Positions 47,598-61,778 of a stretch of DNA of 64,000 nucleotides are shown here, piece by piece (position 1 is the stretch's first letter; each line of letters starts with the position of its first letter). The notes beneath the pieces are model-generated. The model worked only from the letters and a program-made list of their open reading frames with translations. It was not told where the DNA came from and made no database searches. This stretch comes from Candidatus Multivoradales bacterium. Lineage in GTDB: Bacteria > Acidobacteriota > Thermoanaerobaculia > Multivoradales > J023. A program made the position numbers and the translations under genes. The DNA is taken from positions 1,344,001 to 1,408,000 of the forward strand of contig CBDFLE010000006.1 of the NCBI GenBank assembly GCA_965248925.1, given 5' to 3'.

Positions 47598-48677
47598 ATG
47601 AACGCAGACTTCTGGAACGGACGCCGGGTTCTGATCACCGGTCACACGGGCTTCAAAGGCAGCTGGCTGACCCTCTGGCTGGCGCGGGCGGGCGCCGAGG
47701 TGACAGGTTTCGCCCTCGCCCCCCCCTCGCAGCCCAGCCTCTTCGAACTCGCTCGCCTCGACCAGCTCTGCCACTCGCTCCACGGCGACGTTCGCGATCC
47801 GTCAGCCCTCGCTCAGGCTTTCGCCAGCAGTCGCCCGGAAATCGTGCTGCACCTCGCCGCCCAGGCCCTGGTGCGGCCGAGCTACGAAGATCCGGTAACT
47901 ACTTTCGACACCAACGTCATGGGCACGGTACAGGTGCTCGACAGGGTACGCCGCGCCACTAGCGTCCGCTCGGTAGTGGTGGTGACCAGTGACAAATGCT
48001 ACGACAATCGGGAGTGGTTGTGGCCTTACCGCGAAGACGAGCCGATGGGCGGTCACGATCCTTATTCCAGCAGCAAGGGTTGCGCCGAATTGGTGACTGC
48101 CGCCTACCGCCGCTCGTTCCTGGCCGGCGCCGACGCCCCGGCGGTGGCCAGCGCCCGCGCCGGCAATGTGATCGGTGGTGGCGATTGGGGCCGCGACCGT
48201 TTGATTCCGGACCTGATGCGAGCCACTGCCGCCGGCCGCAGCACAGAGATTCGCTCCCCCGCCGCCATTCGTCCTTGGCAACATGTGCTGGAACCCCTGG
48301 CTGGCTATCTGCGGCTCGCCGAGCGGCTCGCGGGTGACGACGGAGCAAGCTTTGCCGAAGGCTGGAACTTCGGCCCGGCGCTGCACGACTCGCGCACCGT
48401 CGGCTGGGTATTGCAACGGCTAGCCGATCATTGGGGGCCGGGGCTCACCTGGCAACACCAGGGCGGCGAGCAGCCGCACGAGGCCCACACCTTGAGGCTC
48501 GACGCCAGCAAAGCGCACACCCTACTCGGCTGGCGCCCTCGACTGGCACTCGACGACGCCCTGGCTTGGGTGGCGGAGTGGTACCGCCAACAGACAGCCG
48601 GCGACGACGCGCGCCAGCTTTGTGCAGCCCAAATCGACCGCTACCAAGAACTCGACGATGGAGCACAAGGCAGCTGA
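47598..48677 (+). CDS. rfbG: CDP-glucose 4,6-dehydratase
   Basis: ITGHTGFKGSWL, HLAAQALVR, TSDKCY, DPYSSSK, RAGNVIGGGDW, RPWQHVLEPL. Confidence 0.95.
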   Translation: MNADFWNGRRVLITGHTGFKGSWLTLWLARAGAEVTGFALAPPSQPSLFELARLDQLCHSLHGDVRDPSALAQAFASSRPEIVLHLAAQALVRPSYEDPVTTFDTNVMGTVQVLDRVRRATSVRSVVVVTSDKCYDNREWLWPYREDEPMGGHDPYSSSKGCAELVTAAYRRSFLAGADAPAVASARAGNVIGGGDWGRDRLIPDLMRATAAGRSTEIRSPAAIRPWQHVLEPLAGYLRLAERLAGDDGASFAEGWNFGPALHDSRTVGWVLQRLADHWGPGLTWQHQGGEQPHEAHTLRLDASKAHTLLGWRPRLALDDALAWVAEWYRQQTAGDDARQLCAAQIDRYQELDDGAQGS

Positions 48678-48732
48678 GCCACCGTCTGAAACCGGGTGCT
48701 GGCGACTAGGAGTCTGCTGACGGGGTGTCTGC

Positions 48733-49209
48733 TCACTGCGTTGCTTGAGGAGTCATGTCCCGCAGTCCAACCAGCAGAAAGAGGATTTCTCCCGCGGCGG
48801 CCCGGCGACCGCTGGACTTGAGTTCGAGATCGCAGCGAAACCGAACCATCAAGCCCCGCGACCGTTCTTTGCCCGAGATCAGCCAGACCCGCAGACGCAG
48901 AGCGTCGCCCACCACCACCGGCTGGATGAAACGCAGCCGCTCTAAGCCATAGTTGACCACCATCTCGCAAGGCGGGAATTGAGCCACTTGCGAAAATAAG
49001 TGGGGGATCAACGACACGGTGAGGAACCCGTGAGCGATAGTGCCACCAAAGGGAGTCTGTTTGGCCCGTTCTTGATCGAGGTGAATCCACTGCCGATCCT
49101 CGGTCACCTCGGCAAAACCGTTGACCCTCTCTTGATCGATCGGCAACCAATCGCTGGTACCGATCTCCAGGTTGTCGGCTTGTTGAATCTGGGCACTAGT
49201 GAGCTGCAT
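48733..49209 (-). CDS. MaoC-family (hotdog) dehydratase
   Basis: FAEVTEDRQWIHLD, TIAHGFLT, NYGLERLRF. Confidence 0.9.
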   Translation of the reverse strand: MQLTSAQIQQADNLEIGTSDWLPIDQERVNGFAEVTEDRQWIHLDQERAKQTPFGGTIAHGFLTVSLIPHLFSQVAQFPPCEMVVNYGLERLRFIQPVVVGDALRLRVWLISGKERSRGLMVRFRCDLELKSSGRRAAAGEILFLLVGLRDMTPQATQ

Positions 49210-49423
49210 GCCTATCCTCTCGATCGGCGGCCAATCATTGACAAAGAATGCGACTTAGAACGGTGGACTCCAGTCTTGGCAACTAGCCTTCCACCGATCA
49301 CCCGAAGACCTATATACTGAAATGCACATCCGGCTCGCGTGACTTTCTCTCTGTTTCTTGCCCTCGCGCGTGTCCGATCGAGCTATCTACACTCGTATTT
49401 GCGAATTTCCTGGAGGTCTTGTG

Positions 49424-51274
49424 ATGCCTGCTTATTCTATCCGACGCCACCCCCTACTTTTCACCGCCCTCTCCCTGCTCGCTTTGGCCAGTCTGCCTTT
49501 GCAAGCTACCACCTACATGCCGGTGGCCGATGAGCATCTGGCGGTGCAAGCAGACCTGATCGCGCGGGTCGAGATTGGCGACGCCCGAGTCGACCGCTTC
49601 GATGGCCGGGTGATGACCGAATACAACGTCAATATCCTCGACCTGATCAAGGGCCAAACCAACGGCTCACACCTCACTCTGCGGGTGATTGGCGGCAGCT
49701 CTCCGGAACTCGGCATGAGTCTCAAAGTGTTTGGCGCTCCCCAATTCGGTCTGGGCCAAAAGGCGCTCCTATTCCTCGTCGCTCAAGCCGATGGCAGCTA
49801 TCGGTTACAGCACTTTTTGCAGGGAGCGTTCTACGAAGTTCGGCAAGACGGCGAAGCTCTGTTTGCCCGTGACACCAGCGAAGCTCGAGTGCTGAAGATC
49901 ACCCGCGGCGCGACCGACAGCAGCGACCAAGTGTCCACCGAAGCTGCTCCTGATGGCGACGGTTGGCGCCACGCCGATCGTTTTGTCCATTGGCTGCGCG
50001 ACCGGGTGGCCGGCATCGAGCGACAGGCCGATTACCGGCTGCCACGGCCGGCGGATCGTGACCAATTTCGGAGTGAGTTCACCCTGATCGGCGGCCAGTC
50101 GTTCTTCCGCTGGTTCCAGTTCGACGACAATGTTTCAGTGCGCTGGCGGCGCCATGTGGATGGCCAGGACGGTTTGTCCGATGGTGGGCGACTAGCCATC
50201 GTCCGGGCCCTGCGGGCGTGGACTAACGAGCCCAACACTCCGGTGCGTTATCTCAACGCCGGCACCACCGCCAGCGACCTGGGTTTCTCCGCCACGGCCC
50301 CCGTGGGCGAGAACGTGATCCTCTTCGACGACCGTAACGACGACATCAGCTCGAACTTCAGCTGCCGCACCGGCGGCACCCTGGCGGTGGGTGGAATCAC
50401 CTTCGTCGAGGGTGGCAACCGCTCCTTCAAAGGCGAGCAGTGGCGGCCGATCTTCGAGGCTGCGATTGTCATCAACGACGGCGTCTCCTGCATCTTGAGC
50501 AACAACCAGTCAGCGGCGGAAGAACTCTACACCCACGAACTCGGCCACACCCTGGGATTGGGCCACGCCTGTGGTGACGGCGCGAGCCCCGACTGTGGCA
50601 GCAGCAGCCGTTTCGACGACGCCATCCTGGGCGCCTTCATCAGTGACGACGGCCGCGGCGCCACCCTCGGTGGCGACGACGTGGAAGGCTTGCGCTACCT
50701 CTACCAAAGTAACTTCTCAGCCGCCCCCTGCTCGCTGCCTCCCGGCCATGGCAGGTTCTGCTCCTCGTGCAGCCCTTGTGGTGTCGGCCAGGGTGACTGT
50801 GACAACAACGCGCAATGCGGCGCCGGCTTGATCTGCGTCTTCGATGTCGGCGCCCGGCACGGCTTCAACCCCAACATCGACGTCTGCGAACGGCCCGGCG
50901 GCGAACCGCCACCGCCACCGCCACCAACCGGCTGCCCCTTCCCCGATGGCCACGGCCGCTTCTGCACCGACTGCGGTCCATGCATCGCTGGCGAGGGCGA
51001 TTGCGATAACGACGCCGAATGCGCTCCCGGCCTGCGTTGCAGCCAAGATGTCGGCGCCCAATTCGGTTTCAACCCCAATATCGACGTCTGCACCGGCGAC
51101 GCCACCTCCTGCACTCGGCTAGCCGGCCACGGTCGCTTCTGCACCGAATGTGGTCCTTGCACCGCGGGTCAAGGAGACTGCGACAACGATGCCGAGTGCG
51201 CCCCGGGCTTGACCTGCGTCAACAACATCGGCGCCCAATTCGGCTTCCCGCCGGCGGTCGACGTCTGCCAGTGA
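49424..51274 (+). CDS. Secreted metzincin-type metalloprotease with three C-terminal Cys-rich repeats
   Basis: Signal peptide; [11 protein letters not shown]; 3x GHGRFC..C.PC..G.GDCDN.A.C..GL.C..DVC. Confidence 0.82.
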   Translation: MPAYSIRRHPLLFTALSLLALASLPLQATTYMPVADEHLAVQADLIARVEIGDARVDRFDGRVMTEYNVNILDLIKGQTNGSHLTLRVIGGSSPELGMSLKVFGAPQFGLGQKALLFLVAQADGSYRLQHFLQGAFYEVRQDGEALFARDTSEARVLKITRGATDSSDQVSTEAAPDGDGWRHADRFVHWLRDRVAGIERQADYRLPRPADRDQFRSEFTLIGGQSFFRWFQFDDNVSVRWRRHVDGQDGLSDGGRLAIVRALRAWTNEPNTPVRYLNAGTTASDLGFSATAPVGENVILFDDRNDDISSNFSCRTGGTLAVGGITFVEGGNRSFKGEQWRPIFEAAIVINDGVSCILSNNQSAAEELYTHELGHTLGLGHACGDGASPDCGSSSRFDDAILGAFISDDGRGATLGGDDVEGLRYLYQSNFSAAPCSLPPGHGRFCSSCSPCGVGQGDCDNNAQCGAGLICVFDVGARHGFNPNIDVCERPGGEPPPPPPPTGCPFPDGHGRFCTDCGPCIAGEGDCDNDAECAPGLRCSQDVGAQFGFNPNIDVCTGDATSCTRLAGHGRFCTECGPCTAGQGDCDNDAECAPGLTCVNNIGAQFGFPPAVDVCQ

Positions 51275-51280
51275 CAAAGA

Positions 51281-51310
51281 TCCCCGGGTTTGGGAACCCA
51301 AGCTCGGGGA
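51281..51310. terminator. GC-rich hairpin after the protease gene
   Basis: TCCCCGGGTTTGGG / CCCAAGCTCGGGGA stem; no clear U-tract. Confidence 0.4.
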
Positions 51311-51434
51311 CGCTGGTCTAAGAGGACATCAGAACAGAGCGAAGGTCCGCACCGTCGTTCGCCGCCCGCCAGCCGCCGTGGCGGGTGCCCAGAAAGCCAA
51401 CCGGCGCGGGGCGTCGCGCCGAGGAGAGCTGCCG

Positions 51435-52196
51435 ATGTCCAAAGAAATCAGAACTTCCGTCCCCCAAGCCACCCCTACCGCGATTCCTCAGCCGGCCTAC
51501 TTCGAGACCCTGGATGCCGAGGACCAGGGCCATTCGCAGCGCACGTCCCTGGTGATCGCCGCCGCCCTCCACCTGCTGGTCTTAGCGGTCACCGTGCCCC
51601 AGCTCTACTCGGAGGATCTGGTCGCCGAAGCACCCGACGACAAGGTCTACATGTTGAATCCGCTGAGATTCCGACCCCCACCACCGCCTACACCGGAACC
51701 GCCCCCCACCCCACAGGCGAGCATTCCGGTACCCGACATCACTCCCGACGACCCCGAGCCGGTGCCCCTTGAGGATCCGTTGCCAGAATTCCAACTCGCT
51801 GCTCTCGATCTGTCCTTCGGCGTGCCGGAGGCTCCCCCAGCGCCCAGCGAAGCGCTCCTGCCGGCCACTCCGCCGCCAGATGTTCCACTGCGGGTCGGGG
51901 TCGACATCGAGGCGCCGGATCGCCTGCATTTCGTAAAACCGAGATACCCTCACCGCGCCATCCGCACTCAGTTGCGCGGCAAGGTCGTCTTGCAATTGAC
52001 GATCGATAAGAAAGGGCTGGTCACCAACTTGGTGGTGCGCAAGAAACTACCTCTGGGCCTCACCGAAGCGGCGGTCACCGCCGTCAAACAGTGGCGGTTT
52101 CGGCCAACACTGGTCAACGGCCGGCCGGTCGAGCTGCTCTACGTCGTTACGGTCAACTTCGAGCTGAATTCCGCGCCACGCTTCGCCGCCAACTAG
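51435..52196 (+). CDS. TonB family energy transducer
   Basis: TM helix with ALH, Pro-rich linker, C-terminal YP..A..GKVVLQLTID..QWRFRP. Confidence 0.88.
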   Translation: MSKEIRTSVPQATPTAIPQPAYFETLDAEDQGHSQRTSLVIAAALHLLVLAVTVPQLYSEDLVAEAPDDKVYMLNPLRFRPPPPPTPEPPPTPQASIPVPDITPDDPEPVPLEDPLPEFQLAALDLSFGVPEAPPAPSEALLPATPPPDVPLRVGVDIEAPDRLHFVKPRYPHRAIRTQLRGKVVLQLTIDKKGLVTNLVVRKKLPLGLTEAAVTAVKQWRFRPTLVNGRPVELLYVVTVNFELNSAPRFAAN

Positions 52197-52204
52197 CGAC
52201 GCGC

Positions 52205-53626
52205 CTAGATCACTTGGGTCTTCCACCGACCGCGGCGGAAGGCCCAGACCGACACCACTGCCACCAAAGCCTCGGCAATGGGTATGGCGGCGAATACCCC
52301 CACCGGGCCATAGCCCCAATGCTGCGCCAGCAAGTAGGCCAGCGGAATCTGCACCAGCCAGTAACAGAACAGGTTGATGTAGGTCGGAGTCACCGTATCG
52401 CCCGCCCCGTTGAAAGCCTGCGGCATGACCATGCCATAGGCATAGAACAGGTAGCCAAAGCTCACCCAGCGCAGACATTGCACCCCCCAACGCAACACCT
52501 CCGGATCGTCGGTAAACAGGTCCACAAGCGGCCGGGCGAAAATCACGAACACCACCCCCACCGAGCCGAGAAAACAGAGGTTGTAGAGCCCGGTCAGCCA
52601 CACCGAGCGTTCCGCCCGCTCAGGTTGGCCAGCACCTAGGTTCTGTCCAACCAGGGTCGCCGCGGCGTTGCACATGCCCCACGACGGCAAGATCGCCATC
52701 AACACCAGCCGGATGGCGATGGCGTAACCGGCTAGAACTTCGCTGCCGTAGGTCGAGAGGATTCTGACCATCCCGACCCAGCTCGAGGTGGATACCAGAA
52801 ACTGCAAGATACCGGTCGAGGAGACCCGAGCGAGGCGGCTGATTATCGGCAGATTGAGACGCAGATGCTGCCAACCGAGGGTGAATCGAGCACGGCCAGA
52901 GCTCAAGATCCAGAGCTGGAATAGCACCCCGCAGCCACGACCGATGGCGGTGGCGATGGCCGCCCCAGTAAGACCCAGCTCAGGGAACGGCCCGAGGCCG
53001 AAAATCAGGCAGGGGTCGAGAACGATATTGATACCGTTGGCCAGCCACAGGGCGCGCATGGCGTAGGCGGCGTCGCCAGCACCGCGAAACACCGCGTTGA
53101 TCAGGAACAAATAGTAGATGACCAAAGAGCTACCGAGCACGATGGTGGTGTAGGCCGAGCCGCCCTCTATTACTTCGGCTTCGGCACCCATCAGCGCCAA
53201 CAACCGAGGCGCCATGAGAATGCCAATCACGGCGGTGATTGACGCCGCCAACAAGCCGAGCAGCAAAGCCTGCGCCGCGGCGGTGCCAGCATCATTGAAG
53301 CGCTTCTCCCCAATCCGCCGCGCCACCATCGCGGTGGTGGCCGCTGACAGGCCGATGGCCACCGAAAAGACAATGGTCATCATGGTCTCGGTCAACGCCA
53401 CCGCCGCCACCGCCGAGGCTCCCAGCCGAGCGACGAAAAAGACGTCCACCAAGCCGAAAACCGACTCCATCAACATCTCCAAGACCATCGGCACCGCCAG
53501 CAACAGCACCGCCCGCGGGATGCTACCCTGGGTGTAGTCTCGTTGTGCGCCGCGAATCGCCGCCCGCACCTCAAACCCCAGGCTGGGGTCTTCAGTTGTC
53601 AAACTAGGGTCCGCGGTGGCGCTCAT
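52205..53626 (-). CDS. MATE family efflux transporter
   Basis: ~12 TM segments; LAVPMVLE, VDVFFV, NIVLDPCLIFG and GAAIAT motifs. Confidence 0.93.
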   Translation of the reverse strand: MSATADPSLTTEDPSLGFEVRAAIRGAQRDYTQGSIPRAVLLLAVPMVLEMLMESVFGLVDVFFVARLGASAVAAVALTETMMTIVFSVAIGLSAATTAMVARRIGEKRFNDAGTAAAQALLLGLLAASITAVIGILMAPRLLALMGAEAEVIEGGSAYTTIVLGSSLVIYYLFLINAVFRGAGDAAYAMRALWLANGINIVLDPCLIFGLGPFPELGLTGAAIATAIGRGCGVLFQLWILSSGRARFTLGWQHLRLNLPIISRLARVSSTGILQFLVSTSSWVGMVRILSTYGSEVLAGYAIAIRLVLMAILPSWGMCNAAATLVGQNLGAGQPERAERSVWLTGLYNLCFLGSVGVVFVIFARPLVDLFTDDPEVLRWGVQCLRWVSFGYLFYAYGMVMPQAFNGAGDTVTPTYINLFCYWLVQIPLAYLLAQHWGYGPVGVFAAIPIAEALVAVVSVWAFRRGRWKTQVI

Positions 53627-53770
53627 CGCTCACTCTGCGCCAACCCGTGACGATCCGGCCGGTGCCAACTAGCACGGTGCAAGTTGGCGCGGTGTAGGCT
53701 GTAGCACTGGAGAACTAGTGCGAAACCTGGCGGCAAGTCCGCACGTAGTCGGCGATAGGAGGTATCGAAC

Positions 53771-53971
53771 ATGGTGAAGTTTCTGCTTTGGTGTCTGCTC
53801 TTTGTGATCTCGTGGCCGGTGGCGATCTTAGCGCTGCTGATCTATCCCCTGGTCTGGCTGATATCGATCCCGTTTCGCATCCTCGGGTTCACGGCCCATG
53901 CCCTGCTGGACTTCTTGAAGGCCATTCTGATGCTGCCGTCGCGGCTGCTCGGTGGTCGCAGCGCGGCTTGA
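53771..53971 (+). CDS. Small hydrophobic membrane protein
   Basis: AGGAGG SD; 66 aa, highly hydrophobic. Confidence 0.7.
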   Translation: MVKFLLWCLLFVISWPVAILALLIYPLVWLISIPFRILGFTAHALLDFLKAILMLPSRLLGGRSAA

Positions 53972-53999
53972 AGATTCCGCTGCGATTCCCCAGCCTAGT

Positions 54000-55796
54000 T
54001 TACTCATCACCGATGGCGGGCAGGTAACCCGGCTCCCTGGGCAAAGCCAAACGCTGGTTGCGCTCACCAGCCAGCTTGTAGACCTGAAGAAAAGCCTCAT
54101 CTTCAGCGCTCCACCGATCCTTGGCCTGACGCCGAGCAGCACGCTGGGTCTCATGAGCCAGCAAGTAGTGGCCGCCCTCATAAGCCACCCAGGCGATCAA
54201 CCGCTGGCTCTCGAGCGGCTCACCATTCCAATCTGCCAAGCCCAGTGCGCGCTCGAGGTGGCTACGGGCCTGGAAAGGATAGCCCCGGCGGAGAGAGGTT
54301 CGGGTCAGACGCAGTGAGGCGGTGCCGATGTCGGCAGTCTCACCGAGCTGCTCGGCTAGCTCCAGGAGATCTTCCCAGCGCTCTTCGGCCCTATCTAGCT
54401 GGCCCCGTTGGTAAGCCAGAGCCGCCAACCGCCGCAGCAGTATCCGTTGGTGTTGGCGATGACCGAGCCGCAGGCGATAAGCCAGAGCTTGATTCCAGCT
54501 CTTCTCGGCAGCCGCCAGATCACCCCGTTGGCGCTGAACCTCACCCAAGCTGGCCAGGGCGCGGTGCTCGAGTTCGCCATCCTCGAAGCCAACGGCCAGC
54601 TGTCGTGATTCGCCGAATAAGTCAGCCGCGGCGGCCAGGTCTCGCCCCTGCGCCAGGCTACCAAGCTGCAACAGGCTATCCGCCTGGCCGAGCAGGTCGC
54701 CGAGTTGCTGCTCTAGTTGCAGACGCTCGAAATACAGCTCTTCAGCCCGCTCGGTCCGACCCCGCGTCAGCGCCAGGCGCGCTTGCAAATGGAGTAAGGC
54801 CAGTAAACCCCGGCGCTCTGTCGGTCCTGCGAGCAGACCGCGAGCCTGCGTCTGCAAGTCGGCCGCCTGCCGCAGGCGACCTTGAGCGACCGCCAACTCG
54901 GCCAGGCCGACCAAAGCAGCGGCTTGAAGCCGTCGATCACCGCTCTGCTGCCCAGCGAGCAATACTGCCGCCCACAACTCAGCACTCTCGGCCAACTGCC
55001 CAAGAGCGCCGCGAGCGCTAGCCAAGCCGGCCTGCGCAGCAACGAAATCCGCGGTCTCGAGGCAGGTCTCGAAATGGCGTTCCGCGATCGCCGGCTCACC
55101 CTCGACCAATGCCTCTACTCCCATGGAATAGAGGCGCAATAAGAACGGGCTGGCGATAAACAACCCGGCCACCGGCGGCGGCTCGACATTGGTACCCACC
55201 GCCGCGGCTAGCAGCGCCACCAGGCCATCGGCCAACGCCACCAGATCATCACCTTCGAGGCTAGCCCGGCCGACTTCCCCTTGGCTGTCAAACAGCGTCA
55301 ACCCAGCCAACCAGCCACCGTCGCGGCGTGAGACCTCGATTCGAGTAACAAACTCGGCGCCCAAAGCCAGCGCCAGCCGACGCTGACTCTGGTGATTCAT
55401 CTCGGTAGAGCCATCGAGCGCCCGGCGGCGGAGCTCCACGGCCAAACGTTCGGAGTCGATCAGGTCGACCCCGGGAGTCCGCTCTAGGGACTCAGCGACC
55501 ACCCGCAACAAACCGTGTTCGACCCAATCGACGCTGACCGCGCCCTGGGCGTTGACCATCGGCAGCAGCGCCAGCCCCCCCTTTCGCGGCAAGGTGAGGC
55601 GCGAGGCATTGCCACCACCGCTCTGCGAATAGAGCACCAAGACCACCACCAGTAGCGCGGCGACCAAGGCCACCCAAGGCCACCACCCACGGCCGCGACT
55701 CGGGGAGTGGGAGGAGCGCGACCGAGAACCCGCGAAGCCGAAACCGTGGCCAGCCACCGGCGTCGGGTCTTCCTGCTTGCCTGCCACCGAACTCAT
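54000..55796 (-). CDS. Membrane-anchored TPR protein with TolB-N/FlgO-like domain
   Basis: TM segment, LALLPMVNA..DWVEHGL motif, multiple TPR helices; start uncertain. Confidence 0.7.
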   Translation of the reverse strand: MSSVAGKQEDPTPVAGHGFGFAGSRSRSSHSPSRGRGWWPWVALVAALLVVVLVLYSQSGGGNASRLTLPRKGGLALLPMVNAQGAVSVDWVEHGLLRVVAESLERTPGVDLIDSERLAVELRRRALDGSTEMNHQSQRRLALALGAEFVTRIEVSRRDGGWLAGLTLFDSQGEVGRASLEGDDLVALADGLVALLAAAVGTNVEPPPVAGLFIASPFLLRLYSMGVEALVEGEPAIAERHFETCLETADFVAAQAGLASARGALGQLAESAELWAAVLLAGQQSGDRRLQAAALVGLAELAVAQGRLRQAADLQTQARGLLAGPTERRGLLALLHLQARLALTRGRTERAEELYFERLQLEQQLGDLLGQADSLLQLGSLAQGRDLAAAADLFGESRQLAVGFEDGELEHRALASLGEVQRQRGDLAAAEKSWNQALAYRLRLGHRQHQRILLRRLAALAYQRGQLDRAEERWEDLLELAEQLGETADIGTASLRLTRTSLRRGYPFQARSHLERALGLADWNGEPLESQRLIAWVAYEGGHYLLAHETQRAARRQAKDRWSAEDEAFLQVYKLAGERNQRLALPREPGYLPAIGDE

Positions 55797-55991
55797 AGCG
55801 GCTTTATACCACCGTGCTCGTGCCTCACCCGCGCACCGCTCGGCTCTTACCACCGGCCGACCGGCGCCAATCAGCTACAATGATCCTCTCAAACCTAAAA
55901 GAGTAAGCTTGGATCCTAGCTTGAAGTGGTTTCTGCAACCACCTCGATCCACTACAACAACCCTAGCGAAAATCACTGCGACACCCACACC

Positions 55992-57896
55992 ATGGCTCTT
56001 CCTGTTCAGCAGCTCGAAGGCAAATACGAGATCGTCGCCAAGATCAAAGAGGGCGGCATGGGGGCAATCTATCGGGTGCGCCATCGCTTGCTCGACGAGA
56101 TTCGAGTGGTCAAGGTGCTGCGTCCACAACTCGAGAAGGACAGCAATCTGAAGGCCAGGTTTGCCCACGAGGCAAGAGCCGCGATCCAGCTCAAACATCC
56201 CAACATCGTGCAGATCTTCGACTACAGCGTCGACCCTACGGGGATTGGCTGCATCGTCATGGAGCACATCGACGGGATTGACCTGCGGCAGCTGATTGCC
56301 GTCGCCGAGCCACCTTCGTTGCGGTTGGCTCTGGAGATCGCGCGCCAGGCACTGCGGGCGCTGGCCTATCTCCACAATCGCGGATTTGTGCATCGCGACC
56401 TGTCACCCGACAACCTGATGCTGACTCTCGACGTCGACCACCAGCCGCTGGTCAAGATCATTGATCTGGGCATCGCCAAACGCCGTGACAGCACTAGCCA
56501 ACTGACCGTCAGCGGTAGCTTCCTGGGAAAGTTCCGCTACTCCTCGCCGGAGCACTTCGGCAGCGAAGGACCCGGCGGAGTCAACGCCCAGAGTGATCTC
56601 TACGCTTTCGGCGTGGTGCTCTATGAATTGATCACCGGTTGCTATCCGATTGCTGGTGAAAGTACTTCTCAACTGATCGCCGGGCACCTATTCCAAGAAC
56701 CGATGTCTTTTGCCGACAGCGATCCAGCGGGAAAAATCCCCTCTGAGCTGCGTCAAGCAGTGATGCGGGCACTAGCCAAGCGGCCCGACGATCGATTCGC
56801 CCAGGCAGCGGACTTTGCCCAAGCTATCGCCAAACTGCAACGCCGTTTCCCTCTCGAAGCGGAGCAATCCAGCGAGGCCGGGCGCTTCGCCGCACTCGGT
56901 GCCCGAGTGCTGCCCTCCGCGACCCCAGGATCCACCCAGGCCAAACTCGACCAAGATTTCGGCGCCGGCGCCACGCCGCTACACATTGACTCCGGCAGCG
57001 CTCTCGAAGACATCGAGCGCGAGGTCGGGGAGCTACTGGCTGGAGCCGAGAGTCTAGAGCGTGAACGCCGCTCCGAACAAGCCAGGCTACAGGCCCAAGC
57101 GGCGCTCAGCCTGGCCCCGGAGAACACCGCTGCCAAGCGCCTGGTTGCCCAGCTGAGCGACAAACTACCGACCCTACCGCCCACTTCGAGCGCCCTACCT
57201 TCACCACCAACGCCCACTGCCGAGGCACCCTCCCCCGACAAGCCCGCTTCTAGCTACAACCATCTGGCGGCGGCCCTCGAGGCTACCGAGCGCGGCAACT
57301 TTAGCCGCGCCAGCCAAGCACTTGAACGAGTGTTGGATCAAGGCCCTGGCGACTCCTCGGTCGAGGCCCTGCTTAGCGATAGCCAGAAACGGCTGGCCGC
57401 CGAGCAGGAGACCAGCGCCATCGAGCGTGAGTGCGTTGCTATCCGCAAGCTGATCGAGCACGACGATCTCGAGACTGCCGAGAGCCAGGTGCTGGTGGCG
57501 GAGAGCCGGTTTGGCCGCCGCTCGGACTTTACTCAGCTGAGCGACGAGATAGCCGAGCATCACCGCCGCCGAGTGAGCGACTTGATCGGCGCCGCCGGGC
57601 GCGCTTTCGAGGCCGCCGACTTGCCACGAGCCGCGACCCTGCTGCGTCGTGCGCATCAGTTGGAGCCCGAAGACGACTGGATCCGGGCCCGCTTGCGCCA
57701 AGCCGAGGCTGGTCAAACCAGCCGCTCGCCAGCAGACACCAGCCTGGCGGAGATCAAACGCCTGCGCGCGGCTGGAGAATCGGTGGCCGCCTGGCAGCGG
57801 CTCAAGCAACTGCTCGACACAGGATCCGAGGACCCCCGGCTCGAACAGCTACAACGCCAACTAGCCCGCGAGATCCTCGGCGACGAGCCTCAGTAA
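55992..57896 (+). CDS. Hanks-type Ser/Thr protein kinase with TPR-like C-terminus
   Basis: EGGMG, VVK, HRDLSPDN, DLG, YSSPE and SDLYAFG motifs. Confidence 0.93.
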   Translation: MALPVQQLEGKYEIVAKIKEGGMGAIYRVRHRLLDEIRVVKVLRPQLEKDSNLKARFAHEARAAIQLKHPNIVQIFDYSVDPTGIGCIVMEHIDGIDLRQLIAVAEPPSLRLALEIARQALRALAYLHNRGFVHRDLSPDNLMLTLDVDHQPLVKIIDLGIAKRRDSTSQLTVSGSFLGKFRYSSPEHFGSEGPGGVNAQSDLYAFGVVLYELITGCYPIAGESTSQLIAGHLFQEPMSFADSDPAGKIPSELRQAVMRALAKRPDDRFAQAADFAQAIAKLQRRFPLEAEQSSEAGRFAALGARVLPSATPGSTQAKLDQDFGAGATPLHIDSGSALEDIEREVGELLAGAESLERERRSEQARLQAQAALSLAPENTAAKRLVAQLSDKLPTLPPTSSALPSPPTPTAEAPSPDKPASSYNHLAAALEATERGNFSRASQALERVLDQGPGDSSVEALLSDSQKRLAAEQETSAIERECVAIRKLIEHDDLETAESQVLVAESRFGRRSDFTQLSDEIAEHHRRRVSDLIGAAGRAFEAADLPRAATLLRRAHQLEPEDDWIRARLRQAEAGQTSRSPADTSLAEIKRLRAAGESVAAWQRLKQLLDTGSEDPRLEQLQRQLAREILGDEPQ

Positions 57897-58035
57897 CTCC
57901 CCCCAGAAGGAGAAGCACGCCTCTCCACCCGCGTGGGATCTTCTGGTTCGTGATCAAGGAACTGCTGCCGACCCAGCAAAAGTTCGGGTACAATAGAAAA
58001 TTCACCGAAACAAAACTGGATCTTCAGAGAGCTAC

Positions 58036-61027
<2,992 letters not shown>

Positions 61028-61035
<8 letters not shown>

Positions 61036-61540
61036 ATCCACCGCCCACCACCGCGCCGCCGCGGCCGGCCAGGTGGGTGCTTGCGCGGTGCTGTCGGTCA
61101 GTGACACTCGCACCCCCGCAACCGACCAAGGCGGTCGGCTGATCATCGAGCGCCTGGAAAACGCCGGTCACCGCTTGGCCGCTTACCAATTGACCAAAGA
61201 CGAACCGGCGAAGATCGAGGCGCCTCTGCAAGCCTGGATCGAAGACACCGAGATCGACTTGATCCTCACCACAGGCGGCACCGGCATCTCCCGCCGCGAT
61301 ACCACCATCGAAGTTGTCGAGCGGCTACTCGACAAACCCCTACCCGGCTTCGGCGAACTCTTCCGCATGCTCAGCTGGCAAGAAATCCAAGCCGCCGCCA
61401 TGCTCAGCCGCGCCACCGCCGGCCTGGCCAGTCAAACGATGATCTTCGCCATGCCCGGCTCGGTCGCCGCTGTGCGGCTGGCATTGGACCAGCTGATCAT
61501 CCCCGAGCTGCGTCACCTGATCTGGGAACGACGTCGCTGA
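61028..61540 (+). CDS. moaB: Molybdenum cofactor biosynthesis protein MoaB/MogA family
   Basis: SVSDTRT..D, TTGGTG, PGFGELFR, AMLSRA, MPGS. Confidence 0.88.
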
Positions 61541-61778
61541 GCGGCAGCTTTCCGCGAGATCACTGAGTCGTAACTCGGTGAGTCGTGACTCAGCGAAGGC
61601 CTCCCGCTGCATGGAGCCTGGAGGCACTAAAAGAAGAAACCGCAAGTCGTCGGTATCCCGATGGTTTCCACGAGGGTAGACCAGGCTTTATCTGCCCCGC
61701 CAAGCCAGATATCCTCGGCCACAGCGACTCCATTGCAAGCTCACCCAACCCAACCCAATCGATCGTCCTGGAGGTTTC

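Noticed and set aside
61563-61593. TGAGTCGT repeat/palindrome downstream of moaB
   Set aside because: Short, single occurrence; cannot be distinguished from an ordinary terminator-like hairpin
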